Of a DNA stretch of 26,222 nt, positions 16,566 through 24,142 are shown piece after piece. Position 1 is the stretch's first letter. Each line of letters opens with the position of its first letter. The notes beneath the pieces were generated by a model, which worked only from the letters and a program-made list of their open reading frames with translations, made no database searches and was not told where the DNA came from. A program made the translations under genes and the position numbers. Source of the DNA: Candidatus Aerophobota bacterium (GTDB lineage Bacteria; Aerophobota; Aerophobia; Aerophobales; AE-B3A); assembly GCA_004376485.1 (NCBI GenBank), contig SOJT01000095.1, positions 1-26,222 on the forward strand, written 5' to 3'.

Positions 16566-17675
16566 ATGAGTAGAGTTGATGCTAAACACATGTGGAAAAT
16601 TTATGAAGGGGGCGTAGAGGCAGTTAAAGACGCTAATTTTTACTGTGAGGATGGCGGGTTCGTGGCAATTCTTGGCCCCTCAGGGTGTGGAAAATCATCC
16701 ACCTTGCGGATGATTGCGGGATTAGAGGAGATTACCAGAGGTGAGCTTTTATTTGACGGCAAACTGGTTAATCATTTAGGTCCTCGCCAGAGAAATATTG
16801 CTCTTGCTTTTGAGACCTATGCACTTTATGCTCCCTTAACCATTTATGAGAATATTGCTTTTCCCTTAAAGGCAGGGGGATTAAAAAAATCCGAGGTAGA
16901 TAAAAAAGTTAAACAAATTGCCGATATGCTTAATTTAACCGATGTTTTGAGGAGAAAGCCGGCCCATTTAAGTGGCGGTCAGCAACAAAGAGTATCACTA
17001 GCTCGAGCCCTGGTTAGAGATCCAAATGTGTTCCTCCTTGATGAACCTCTCTCTCATATGGACCAGCGTGTGCGTGTTGTGCTCAGGGCAAGAATTAGAA
17101 GGATTCATGATGAGCTTGGAAGCACTACAATTTATGTTACTCACGATCAGGAAGAGGCTATCTCTCTTGCCGATAGCATAATTGTTATGAATGTGGGTGT
17201 TATTCAGCAAATTGGGACAGTGGATGAGCTGTGGAATCACCCTGTGAATAAGTTTGTGGCAGGTTTTCTGGGTGAGCCAGCCATGAACTTTCTTGAAGGG
17301 AAGATTGAGAAACCTCAGGAAGTCTCCATAGCTGGTGGAGAAGGAGAGGCTACTTTCCAGCTCAGCGGGGAGGTTGAGGAGAGATATGTTGGCGGTGAGG
17401 TTACTGTTGGTATCAGGCCCCAGAAAGTTATAGTTTCTCCCAATAAAAAAGGAGATAAACTCGTCCCTTCCCTTATTGAGGTTATAGAACCTCTGGGAGA
17501 AAGTAAGATCTTAACGGCCAAACTGGATGATGTTGAGCTTAAGATCGTTACCTCCTATGAGGTAGAAGCTCGGGTAGGACAGATAATCTGGCTGGAGTTT
17601 AAACCCGAGGATATCCACATTTTTGATAAAGAAACAGAAAACGCTTTGATCGAGAAACTGAGCAGAAACGGATAA
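16566..17675 (+). CDS. Carbohydrate ABC transporter ATP-binding protein, importer 2 (GCGKS type)
   Basis: GPSGCGKS, LSGGQ, FLLDEPLSHMD, YVTHDQ, GFLGEPAMN. Confidence 0.95.
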   Translation: MSRVDAKHMWKIYEGGVEAVKDANFYCEDGGFVAILGPSGCGKSSTLRMIAGLEEITRGELLFDGKLVNHLGPRQRNIALAFETYALYAPLTIYENIAFPLKAGGLKKSEVDKKVKQIADMLNLTDVLRRKPAHLSGGQQQRVSLARALVRDPNVFLLDEPLSHMDQRVRVVLRARIRRIHDELGSTTIYVTHDQEEAISLADSIIVMNVGVIQQIGTVDELWNHPVNKFVAGFLGEPAMNFLEGKIEKPQEVSIAGGEGEATFQLSGEVEERYVGGEVTVGIRPQKVIVSPNKKGDKLVPSLIEVIEPLGESKILTAKLDDVELKIVTSYEVEARVGQIIWLEFKPEDIHIFDKETENALIEKLSRNG

Positions 17676-17745
17676 ATATCCGGGCAGTTACTTGGGGTAA
17701 AAGTAGCCCTGAACAAGAATCTTAAGAAAAAAAGGAGGCTTTGCC

Positions 17746-18471
17746 ATGCTAAAAGTTAAGGAATGGGGGTATAGTAATCCAGTCATTTCACCTCTTTATC
17801 CTTCTCCACCTCTGTATTGGATAGATTTTCAGGTGCAGTTGGTTGTTTACGAGACAGATATTTCCAATGTGGAAAAGCTTCTTCCCTATCCTTTAGAGCC
17901 TAACGGTAATAAGGTGATTACCTGGATTTCTGATGAACCTTTCACCAATCAGGGTAGTGGTAAAGAAGCAGCAATCTATGTGCAGGCAAGGTACAAGGAC
18001 TATGTGGGTGTTTATGAACCGTTTTTGTATGTAAACTCAGAAATTCCTCTTTGTGGAGGGCGAGAAATTTGGGGGTATTGCAAAAAGATAGCTAATATTT
18101 CCTTGCATTTTGAAAAGGAACAGGTAAGGGGGGAAGTAGAAAGAGTACGTACCAAGATAATGAAGTGTCTTTGTATTCGTGAGGTACCAGCAAAGTTAGA
18201 AGAGCTACCTTTCGGCCCTATATTCTCGGTGAAAGTGATCCCTGGTGCTGCAGAAGATGAGCCCCCTCTGAGACAACTGGTCCTTACGGAAGGTGAAATG
18301 ACAGCCAAAGAGGGTATGTTCTACAAAGGTAAAGGCTCAGTAGACTATGAAAGATCAGAGATAGATCCTACCTACATTCTGGAAGTCAAGAGAGTTATTG
18401 CTGGTTATTACGGGATACTCAGTTTTGTGTTGCCCCATGGGAAGATTATTTACCGCTACGAAGATGTGTGA
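17746..18471 (+). CDS. Acetoacetate decarboxylase (ADC)-like superfamily protein
   Basis: P.SPLYP.PP N-terminus, LLPYPLEP, GGREIWGYCKK (family motif GRExWGxPKK with the Schiff-base Lys); AGGAGG RBS. Confidence 0.82.
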   Translation: MLKVKEWGYSNPVISPLYPSPPLYWIDFQVQLVVYETDISNVEKLLPYPLEPNGNKVITWISDEPFTNQGSGKEAAIYVQARYKDYVGVYEPFLYVNSEIPLCGGREIWGYCKKIANISLHFEKEQVRGEVERVRTKIMKCLCIREVPAKLEELPFGPIFSVKVIPGAAEDEPPLRQLVLTEGEMTAKEGMFYKGKGSVDYERSEIDPTYILEVKRVIAGYYGILSFVLPHGKIIYRYEDV

Positions 18472-18502
18472 GGACTGGCCGAGGAGTTTTAAAATAGCAC
18501 AG

Positions 18503-19606
18503 ATGAGCTTGATTACTGGTAATCCGTCTAAGTACATACAAGGAGTCGGAGCTGTCAAGGAGATCGGAAAGTATACCTCCGTATTGGGAAACAAAGCTCT
18601 GGTGACGGGAGGGCGCACAGCTTTATCTGTCTCACAGGAGGCGATTGGGGAGAGCTTTCGGGCCCACAAGGTAGAATATGTAGTAGAACGATTCCGGGGA
18701 GAGAGCACAAGGACTGAAATTGACCGACTGGTGAATATTGGGAGGGAAAATAAGGTCAATGTTGTAATTGGGGTGGGGGGAGGAAAGGCACTAGATGCAG
18801 CAAAAGTGGTCTCCTTTTATCTGGAAACACCGCTGGCCCTAGTTCCTACTATTGCCGCTACAGATGCGGCGTGTAGTGCCCAGGCTCCGATATACACGGA
18901 TGAGCATACCTTTGAAAAGCTCATTATTCGCCCAAAAAATCCGGATTTGGTTCTGGTAAGTACAGACGTAATAGTCAAAGCCCCGGTGAGATTCCTTGTT
19001 GCTGGAATGGGAGACGCTATATGCACAAAGTTTGAGGCTGAGGCCTGTCGCAAATCATCTATCATAAATTTTCACGGAGGCAGTGCCGGTGAGTCAGCTC
19101 TTTGGCTGGCTCGATGGTGTAGCGATACTGTACTAGAGTATGGGGTGGAGGCAAAGAAGTCCGCCGAGCAAGGGGTGGTGGACGAGGTTCTGGAGAAGGT
19201 AGTAGAAGCTTGCGTTTATGCAAGTAGTGTCTCTTTTGAGAACTGCGGGCTTTCCCTAGCGCACGGATATTTGGTTGGATTTACCGGCTTGAAGGAGACT
19301 CAACAATATCTTCACGGGGAAATCGTTGGTTTCTCTACCCTTGCCCATATTGTTCTGGAAGAGCACCCGAAGGAAGTAGTGGACAAGGTATTTAGATTTT
19401 GCTATTCGGTGGGTTTGCCAGTGAGGCTGGCTGATATCGGCTTGAAGGATGCATCCCGGGAGTTGCTGATGAAGGCAATTGAGGATTCGCGCAGCAAGAT
19501 TGAATGGCTTCACAATGAGCCATTTCCTGTTACCAGCGAGATGCTCTATGAGGCGCTCATTACTGCAGATAGAATGGGTTCAGAGCTCCTGAGCCGACAG
19601 CATTAG
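18503..19606 (+). CDS. Glycerol dehydrogenase family (GldA-like, family III metal-dependent polyol dehydrogenase)
   Basis: PSKYIQG, GVGGGKALDAAK, PTIAATDAACS, metal ligands in AGMGDA, LAHG and LHGEIV with the GldA His-His spacing. Start moved from 18398 to ATG 18503. gldA not assigned because the substrate is unproven. Confidence 0.88.
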   Translation: MSLITGNPSKYIQGVGAVKEIGKYTSVLGNKALVTGGRTALSVSQEAIGESFRAHKVEYVVERFRGESTRTEIDRLVNIGRENKVNVVIGVGGGKALDAAKVVSFYLETPLALVPTIAATDAACSAQAPIYTDEHTFEKLIIRPKNPDLVLVSTDVIVKAPVRFLVAGMGDAICTKFEAEACRKSSIINFHGGSAGESALWLARWCSDTVLEYGVEAKKSAEQGVVDEVLEKVVEACVYASSVSFENCGLSLAHGYLVGFTGLKETQQYLHGEIVGFSTLAHIVLEEHPKEVVDKVFRFCYSVGLPVRLADIGLKDASRELLMKAIEDSRSKIEWLHNEPFPVTSEMLYEALITADRMGSELLSRQH

Positions 19607-19661
19607 TGAAGTAATAGGCAGGAGCTTTCCTCTCACTTCCAGCGGGTAAGGTAGATCTCTA

Positions 19662-19931
19662 AGATCTCTGTCTCCCCTAAGTCTTATAGCGAACCTAAGT
19701 TCTCTTACCAAAACGCCCTTAAAGATGATCCCTCTATCTCCACCTCTGTCTAAACTCCATATTCCCTTTTTTCCAATAACCTCTCTTACAAGGTCTATAG
19801 CGGTGAGGATTTGTTTATTTTCGCTTTGGAAGCCATCAGCTCTTTGGGAGTGAAGCTCTCCATAAAGAGGAACCACCTTATCTCCTTGGAGGATCAGCAC
19901 CTAAGATTTCTAAGGTCCAATATCCCTTTCT
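19662..19931 (-). mobile_element. Frameshifted, truncated DDE transposase remnant (IS4-like)
   Basis: Minus strand reads KGYWTLEILGAD, then after a 1-nt shift near 19892 LQGDKVVPLYGELHSQ...FQSENKQIL...KGIWSLDRGGDR...LRFAIRLRGDRDL. The DRG motif and F.IRL pattern are typical of DDE_Tnp_1-clan enzymes. No terminal repeats seen. Confidence 0.7.
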
Positions 19932-19990
19932 TATTTGGAGTTCCCCCAAAATTTCATACAGTTTTTCCCGAAGTCTCGACAATCGTTTGC

Positions 19991-20019
19991 TTGACTTTTT
20001 GTAGGGGTTAAAATAGAAT
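19991..20019 (+). promoter_or_regulatory. Putative sigma70-type promoter TTGACT-N17-TAGAAT for the murB operon
   Basis: 5/6 matches at both hexamers, 17-bp spacer, 47 nt upstream of murB. Confidence 0.65.
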
Positions 20020-20066
20020 TATAAAACTACCCTGGACAGGATCGCTAATAAAGGAGACACGAGATT

Positions 20067-20963
20067 ATGCAGATTAAAGAGATGGAGAGGCTGAAAATCA
20101 GAGGCAGAGTGGTTGCTAACCAATCCATGAAAGAGTTGACTTCTCTAAGAATAGGGGGGCAGGCTGATCTCTTTGTGGTTCCCGAGGATCTGGAAGATCT
20201 TAAGACAGTTATTTCCTTTTGCAAGGAGAGAGGGGTTTCCTTCCTGGTGATAGGTAACGGGAGCAAACTGTTAATAAGGGACGAAGGATTTAAGGGAGTG
20301 GTGGCTAAGTTAGGCACCTCCTTTACCAAGATAGAGAACGAAGGAGAGGAGATAACGGTAGGTGCAGGACTGGATTTATCCACCCTTATTGATTTTGTAG
20401 CTGGGAAGGGACTCTGGGGTCTGGAGTTGTTGGCAGGGATTCCTGGAACCGTGGGGGGAGCCATAGCCAGAAATGCTAGTGCCTTTGGACAGGATCTTGG
20501 ACAAAGGGTGATATCGGTGAGGGCACTGAACAACAATAATGGTAATCTTACTATCCACAAAGAGGATATTCTCTTTGGCTATCGAACAAGTATTTTTCTG
20601 GGGAAGAGAGACTGGATAATAACAGAAGTGAAATTAGCTCTCTCTCCTGGAAAAAAGGAGGACGTTCTTTCTCGCCTCCGGGAAGCCAGAGATAAAAAAA
20701 TGAGGGCTCAGCCTATTTCTTGTCCTTCGGCTGGCTGCATATTCAAAAATCCAGCTTCTTCTTCGGCTGGCCTACTTATTCAAAGAGCAGGATGTTCAGG
20801 ACTGAGAGTAGGAGATGCTCAGGTTTCCCTACAACATGCAAATTTCATCATTAACAAGGGAAATGCTAGAGCCAGGGACATAATAGAACTCATAGATATG
20901 GTAAGAGAAAAGGTTAAGATGAACTCTGGCATTACCCTGGAGCCTGAGTTGGAGATTATTTGA
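20067..20963 (+). CDS. murB: UDP-N-acetylenolpyruvoylglucosamine reductase
   Basis: RIGGQAD, GIPGTVGGA, FGYRTS, SAGCIFKNP, HANFIIN, LEPELEII; upstream of ddl. Confidence 0.93.
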   Translation: MQIKEMERLKIRGRVVANQSMKELTSLRIGGQADLFVVPEDLEDLKTVISFCKERGVSFLVIGNGSKLLIRDEGFKGVVAKLGTSFTKIENEGEEITVGAGLDLSTLIDFVAGKGLWGLELLAGIPGTVGGAIARNASAFGQDLGQRVISVRALNNNNGNLTIHKEDILFGYRTSIFLGKRDWIITEVKLALSPGKKEDVLSRLREARDKKMRAQPISCPSAGCIFKNPASSSAGLLIQRAGCSGLRVGDAQVSLQHANFIINKGNARARDIIELIDMVREKVKMNSGITLEPELEII

Positions 20964-20964
20964 A

Positions 20965-21894
20965 TTGCAAACCAAAATATGTGTCCTCAAAGGAGGAATT
21001 TCTCCAGAGAGAGAGGTTTCTCTGAAGAGTGGAGAAGCTGTAGAGGAAGGATTGAAGGAAGCAGGTTATGCTGTCTTCAATCTGGATACTGCCAATGGTA
21101 ATTTCTTTCGCCAGCTAGCCAAAGAGAAGCCCGATGTGGTTTTCATTGCTCTCCATGGATCTTATGGAGAGGATGGTACTATCCAGGGATGGTTAGAGTT
21201 AGTGGGGATTCCCTACACCGGTTCAGGAGTATTGGCCAGTGCTCTAGCCATGGATAAAATAAGTTCCAAAAGAATATTCTCATCTCAAAATCTGTCTCTA
21301 CCACACTTTCAGGGGATCACCCGAAATGAAGGTTACTCGTTAAACTCCCATCTTTCTTTTCCCCTGGTAGTCAAACCAGCCCGATCCGGATCCACTTTAG
21401 GAGTGAGTTTGCTTAGGGATGGGAATGAATTAGAGCTAGAAAGAGCCCTAGAGAGAGCTTTTCAATACGATAGATCCTTTGCCATATTGGAAGAATATAT
21501 TGAAGGTAAGGAAATTACTGTAGGGATAATAGATGATCCAGAGCCGAGATCTTTGCCCATTATACAGATCATACCCAAGAATGAGCTTTTTAACTACCAG
21601 GCCAAATATACCAAAGGATTTTGTGAATATATTGTTCCTGCACCTATCAGCCAAGAGGAATCTGTCAGAGTAAAAGAAGCAGCTCTCAAAGCCTATGAGT
21701 CCCTGGGGTGTCGCGACTTCGCCCGCGTAGATATGATACTAAAGGAGGGGGTAGCTCATATTTTGGAGCTCAACACCATACCGGGTATGACAAAGAAGAG
21801 TCTCTTACCTATGGCAGCCCATGCCGAGGGATTAAGCTTCCCTAAGTTGGTGGATAAAATAGTTAAGTCGGCCTTTAGAAGAACAAAGAAATAA
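20965..21894 (+). CDS. ddl: D-alanine--D-alanine ligase (short DdlB type)
   Basis: GGISPEREVSLKSG, ALHGSYGEDGTIQG, LAMDK, VVKP, AKY omega loop, ARVD, ELNTIPGMT. Confidence 0.95.
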   Translation: MQTKICVLKGGISPEREVSLKSGEAVEEGLKEAGYAVFNLDTANGNFFRQLAKEKPDVVFIALHGSYGEDGTIQGWLELVGIPYTGSGVLASALAMDKISSKRIFSSQNLSLPHFQGITRNEGYSLNSHLSFPLVVKPARSGSTLGVSLLRDGNELELERALERAFQYDRSFAILEEYIEGKEITVGIIDDPEPRSLPIIQIIPKNELFNYQAKYTKGFCEYIVPAPISQEESVRVKEAALKAYESLGCRDFARVDMILKEGVAHILELNTIPGMTKKSLLPMAAHAEGLSFPKLVDKIVKSAFRRTKK

Positions 21895-21899
21895 TCAGG

Positions 21900-22631
21900 A
21901 TGAGGTTAGCCAAAAGAAAGGTTTTGATATCTCACCGAAGAAAAGACCGACGAGGAATAAAATATCTCACCTTACTAATTCTTCTAACTAGTGTGGGAGT
22001 AGTCATCGCATGGTTCGTTTTGACCATTCCTTACTTTTGCATTACCAGGGTTGAGGTCAGGGGTGAAGAGAGATTATCCAAAGAGGTCATACTGAAGTGG
22101 GCTGCTATTCCGAGACAAAGCTCCATCTTCCGGGTAAATCTCAAAGATGTCTCTGAGAGAATAATTCTAGCATCCAAGATCAAAAAAGCAGAGATAAGAA
22201 GGGTTTTTCCTTCTACTCTCCTCATCCTAATTCAGGAAAGGTCGCCCTTCGCCTATTTGCGAAAGGGATCTCGTTTCTGGGAGATCGATGAGGAGGGAGT
22301 AGTTATAGGAGAAGCTGTCGAGAAACAGCATCTACCTCTGATCACGGGAGCCGGTGTCTCGCCTGATAAAGCGCAGAGAATTGAAATGGGAGTCAAGATT
22401 CTGGCTAATTTTCAAAAATCGGGACTACCTCTATCCCGGATTGATATTATTAATAGAAACTATCTAGTGGGTTATTTAGAGAAAGGTCCCAGGGTTTATC
22501 TGGGAGAGGATCATCATTTAGGTTATCTTTCCTACCTTCCTCTCATTCTACAAGATGCCAAAAGGGTGGACAGAAGAGTCAAGTACTTGGATCTTCGCTT
22601 TGACAAGCAAGTTGTGGTAGGTTATGAATAG
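21900..22631 (+). CDS. ftsQ: Cell division protein FtsQ/DivIB
   Basis: Basic N-terminus, single TM helix, POTRA-like segment (ITRVEVRG...RVFPSTLLILIQER), C-terminal YLDLRF; between ddl and ftsA. Confidence 0.88.
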   Translation: MRLAKRKVLISHRRKDRRGIKYLTLLILLTSVGVVIAWFVLTIPYFCITRVEVRGEERLSKEVILKWAAIPRQSSIFRVNLKDVSERIILASKIKKAEIRRVFPSTLLILIQERSPFAYLRKGSRFWEIDEEGVVIGEAVEKQHLPLITGAGVSPDKAQRIEMGVKILANFQKSGLPLSRIDIINRNYLVGYLEKGPRVYLGEDHHLGYLSYLPLILQDAKRVDRRVKYLDLRFDKQVVVGYE

Positions 22632-22649
22632 GGTCATTGAGGGTCTAGA

Positions 22650-23852
22650 TTGAAGGATAATTTGGTTGTGGGACTGGATATCGGGACCACAAAAATATGT
22701 GCTCTGGTGGCTCGGCTGAGTGAGGAGGGGCACCTTAAGATCCTTAGTGTGGGAAAATGTTCTTCCCGAGGTGTCAGGAAGGGTATGGTTACCGATATCG
22801 AAGCCACGTCACAGGCGGTCAAAGAGGCCGTGACATCGGCCGAACTCAGTGCTGGTTTGAAAGTGAAGGGGGTATGGGTAAGTATCGCCGGGGATCACAT
22901 TCTAGCTCAGGATAACCGTGGCTTTGTGAAAGCCACCGGAGAGGATCGAACCATAACAGCTAAAGACGTGGAGGCAGTGATGGAGGAGGCTTCCCAGCTC
23001 GTCCTTCCCCCTGACAGGGAAATTATTCATGTTCTACCCCAGCAGTTCACTATTGACGGGCAGAATCTGGTGAAACAGCCCGTGGGTATGAAAGGGACTC
23101 ATCTGGGAGTGGGGGTTCATGTAGTTACTGCTTCCTCGGCCTGGCGAGGGAATATTGAGAATTGTGTGAGACGAGCAGGGTACGAATCGGAAGGAGTGGT
23201 TCTTCAGTCCCTAGCCTCAGCCATGGCCACGGTACATCCCGAAGAAGAAGATCTAGGGGTGGCCCTGGTAGATATAGGCGGAGGAACTACTGATTTAGCC
23301 ATATTCTTAAGGGAGGGCTTAAGATTCAGCCGGGTCATACCAGTAGGAGGAAGCCATATTACTAGCGATATTGCCGTAGGTCTTCATACTACCAGAGAGA
23401 AGGCGGAGGAGATTAAGCTAAAATATGGTTTCCTCTCCCAGGCCACCATGAGGAGAAAAGAGAAAATAAGGGTGGAAAAAATAGCGGGGCGGGGAAGCTA
23501 TACTGTAGAAAGCAAAGATCTGGTTAGAATCATTCAGCCCCGTGTGGAAGAAATACTTGAGCTTGTAGAAAAGGAACTTACCAGAAGCGGATACAGGGAA
23601 CTCCTCTCCGCGGGTATGGTTCTTACCGGAGGAACTTCGCTTCTCAGAGGTATTAGAGAGCTGGCGGAAGATCAACTGGGCCTTCCCACCAAGATCGGCC
23701 AGGCCCATCTAGAAGAGTTCCAGGAGCTGACCAGTCCCATTTATGCAACAGTGGTGGGGCTGGTTCTCTACGGGATAAAGCGGAGCGAGGAACTTACCTC
23801 TAAGGAGCGGTTAGGAGTGAGGATTAAGGAGTGGCTGAAGGAGTTCTTTTGA
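22650..23852 (+). CDS. ftsA: Cell division protein FtsA
   Basis: GLDIGTTKI, DIGGGTTD, GGSHITSDIA, VLTGGTS, C-terminal amphipathic helix RIKEWLKEFF. Confidence 0.96.
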   Translation: MKDNLVVGLDIGTTKICALVARLSEEGHLKILSVGKCSSRGVRKGMVTDIEATSQAVKEAVTSAELSAGLKVKGVWVSIAGDHILAQDNRGFVKATGEDRTITAKDVEAVMEEASQLVLPPDREIIHVLPQQFTIDGQNLVKQPVGMKGTHLGVGVHVVTASSAWRGNIENCVRRAGYESEGVVLQSLASAMATVHPEEEDLGVALVDIGGGTTDLAIFLREGLRFSRVIPVGGSHITSDIAVGLHTTREKAEEIKLKYGFLSQATMRRKEKIRVEKIAGRGSYTVESKDLVRIIQPRVEEILELVEKELTRSGYRELLSAGMVLTGGTSLLRGIRELAEDQLGLPTKIGQAHLEEFQELTSPIYATVVGLVLYGIKRSEELTSKERLGVRIKEWLKEFF

Positions 23853-23855
23853 TAA

Positions 23856-24107
23856 GTTCTCGATCTTCACAATCTTGATCTTAAGAGTCTGGTAAGGGGG
23901 AAAGTGAGCAGGGTGACGGGACAAGCTGCCTTTGAATATATCTCGGAAGCGGTAAGATTAGCTTTGGCCGGTGATATCCAGGCAGTAGTTACCGCTCCAA
24001 TTCATATCTCCCTCAGAGAGGTGAGTAAGCTTATAACTAGATCCAGAATACTTAAGGTTATTGAGCTGGCCCACCAGAGCCATCCGTCTGGCCGTCAGGT
24101 TAGCTAA
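23856..24107 (+). pseudogene. pdxA: PdxA-family dehydrogenase remnant (5'- and 3'-truncated, apparent internal in-frame deletion)
   Basis: Frame open from 23856: VLDLHNLDL...GKVSRVTGQAAFEYISEAVRLALAGDIQAVVTAPI joined directly to HISLREV...RILKVIELAH; lacks the GHTE and GLNPHAG motifs. Confidence 0.8.
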
Positions 24108-24142
24108 ATAAGAGAATTTCATTTTAATTTGAGAGGTGTCCT

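Noticed and set aside
126-17675. Assigning glpS/T/P/Q/U/V, malK or ugp gene symbols
   Set aside because: The architecture is Glp-like but the ATPase Q-loop regions and binding proteins differ, and the substrate is unknown.
1823-19513. Many 60-170-aa ORFs in the track on the minus strand or in alternate + frames (e.g. 1823-2140, 2767-3024, 4665-5078, 10296-10796, 13405-13662, 18355-18759)
   Set aside because: All lie inside well-supported genes, have no recognisable motifs or RBS, and look like shadow frames.
19580-19900. 106-aa minus ORF as an intact gene
   Set aside because: Its start is an artefact of the frameshift and its C-terminus reads into gldA-like DNA; reported instead as a transposase remnant.
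19811-20011. 66-aa + strand ORF
   Set aside because: Antisense to the transposase remnant, runs into the murB promoter, no motif or RBS.
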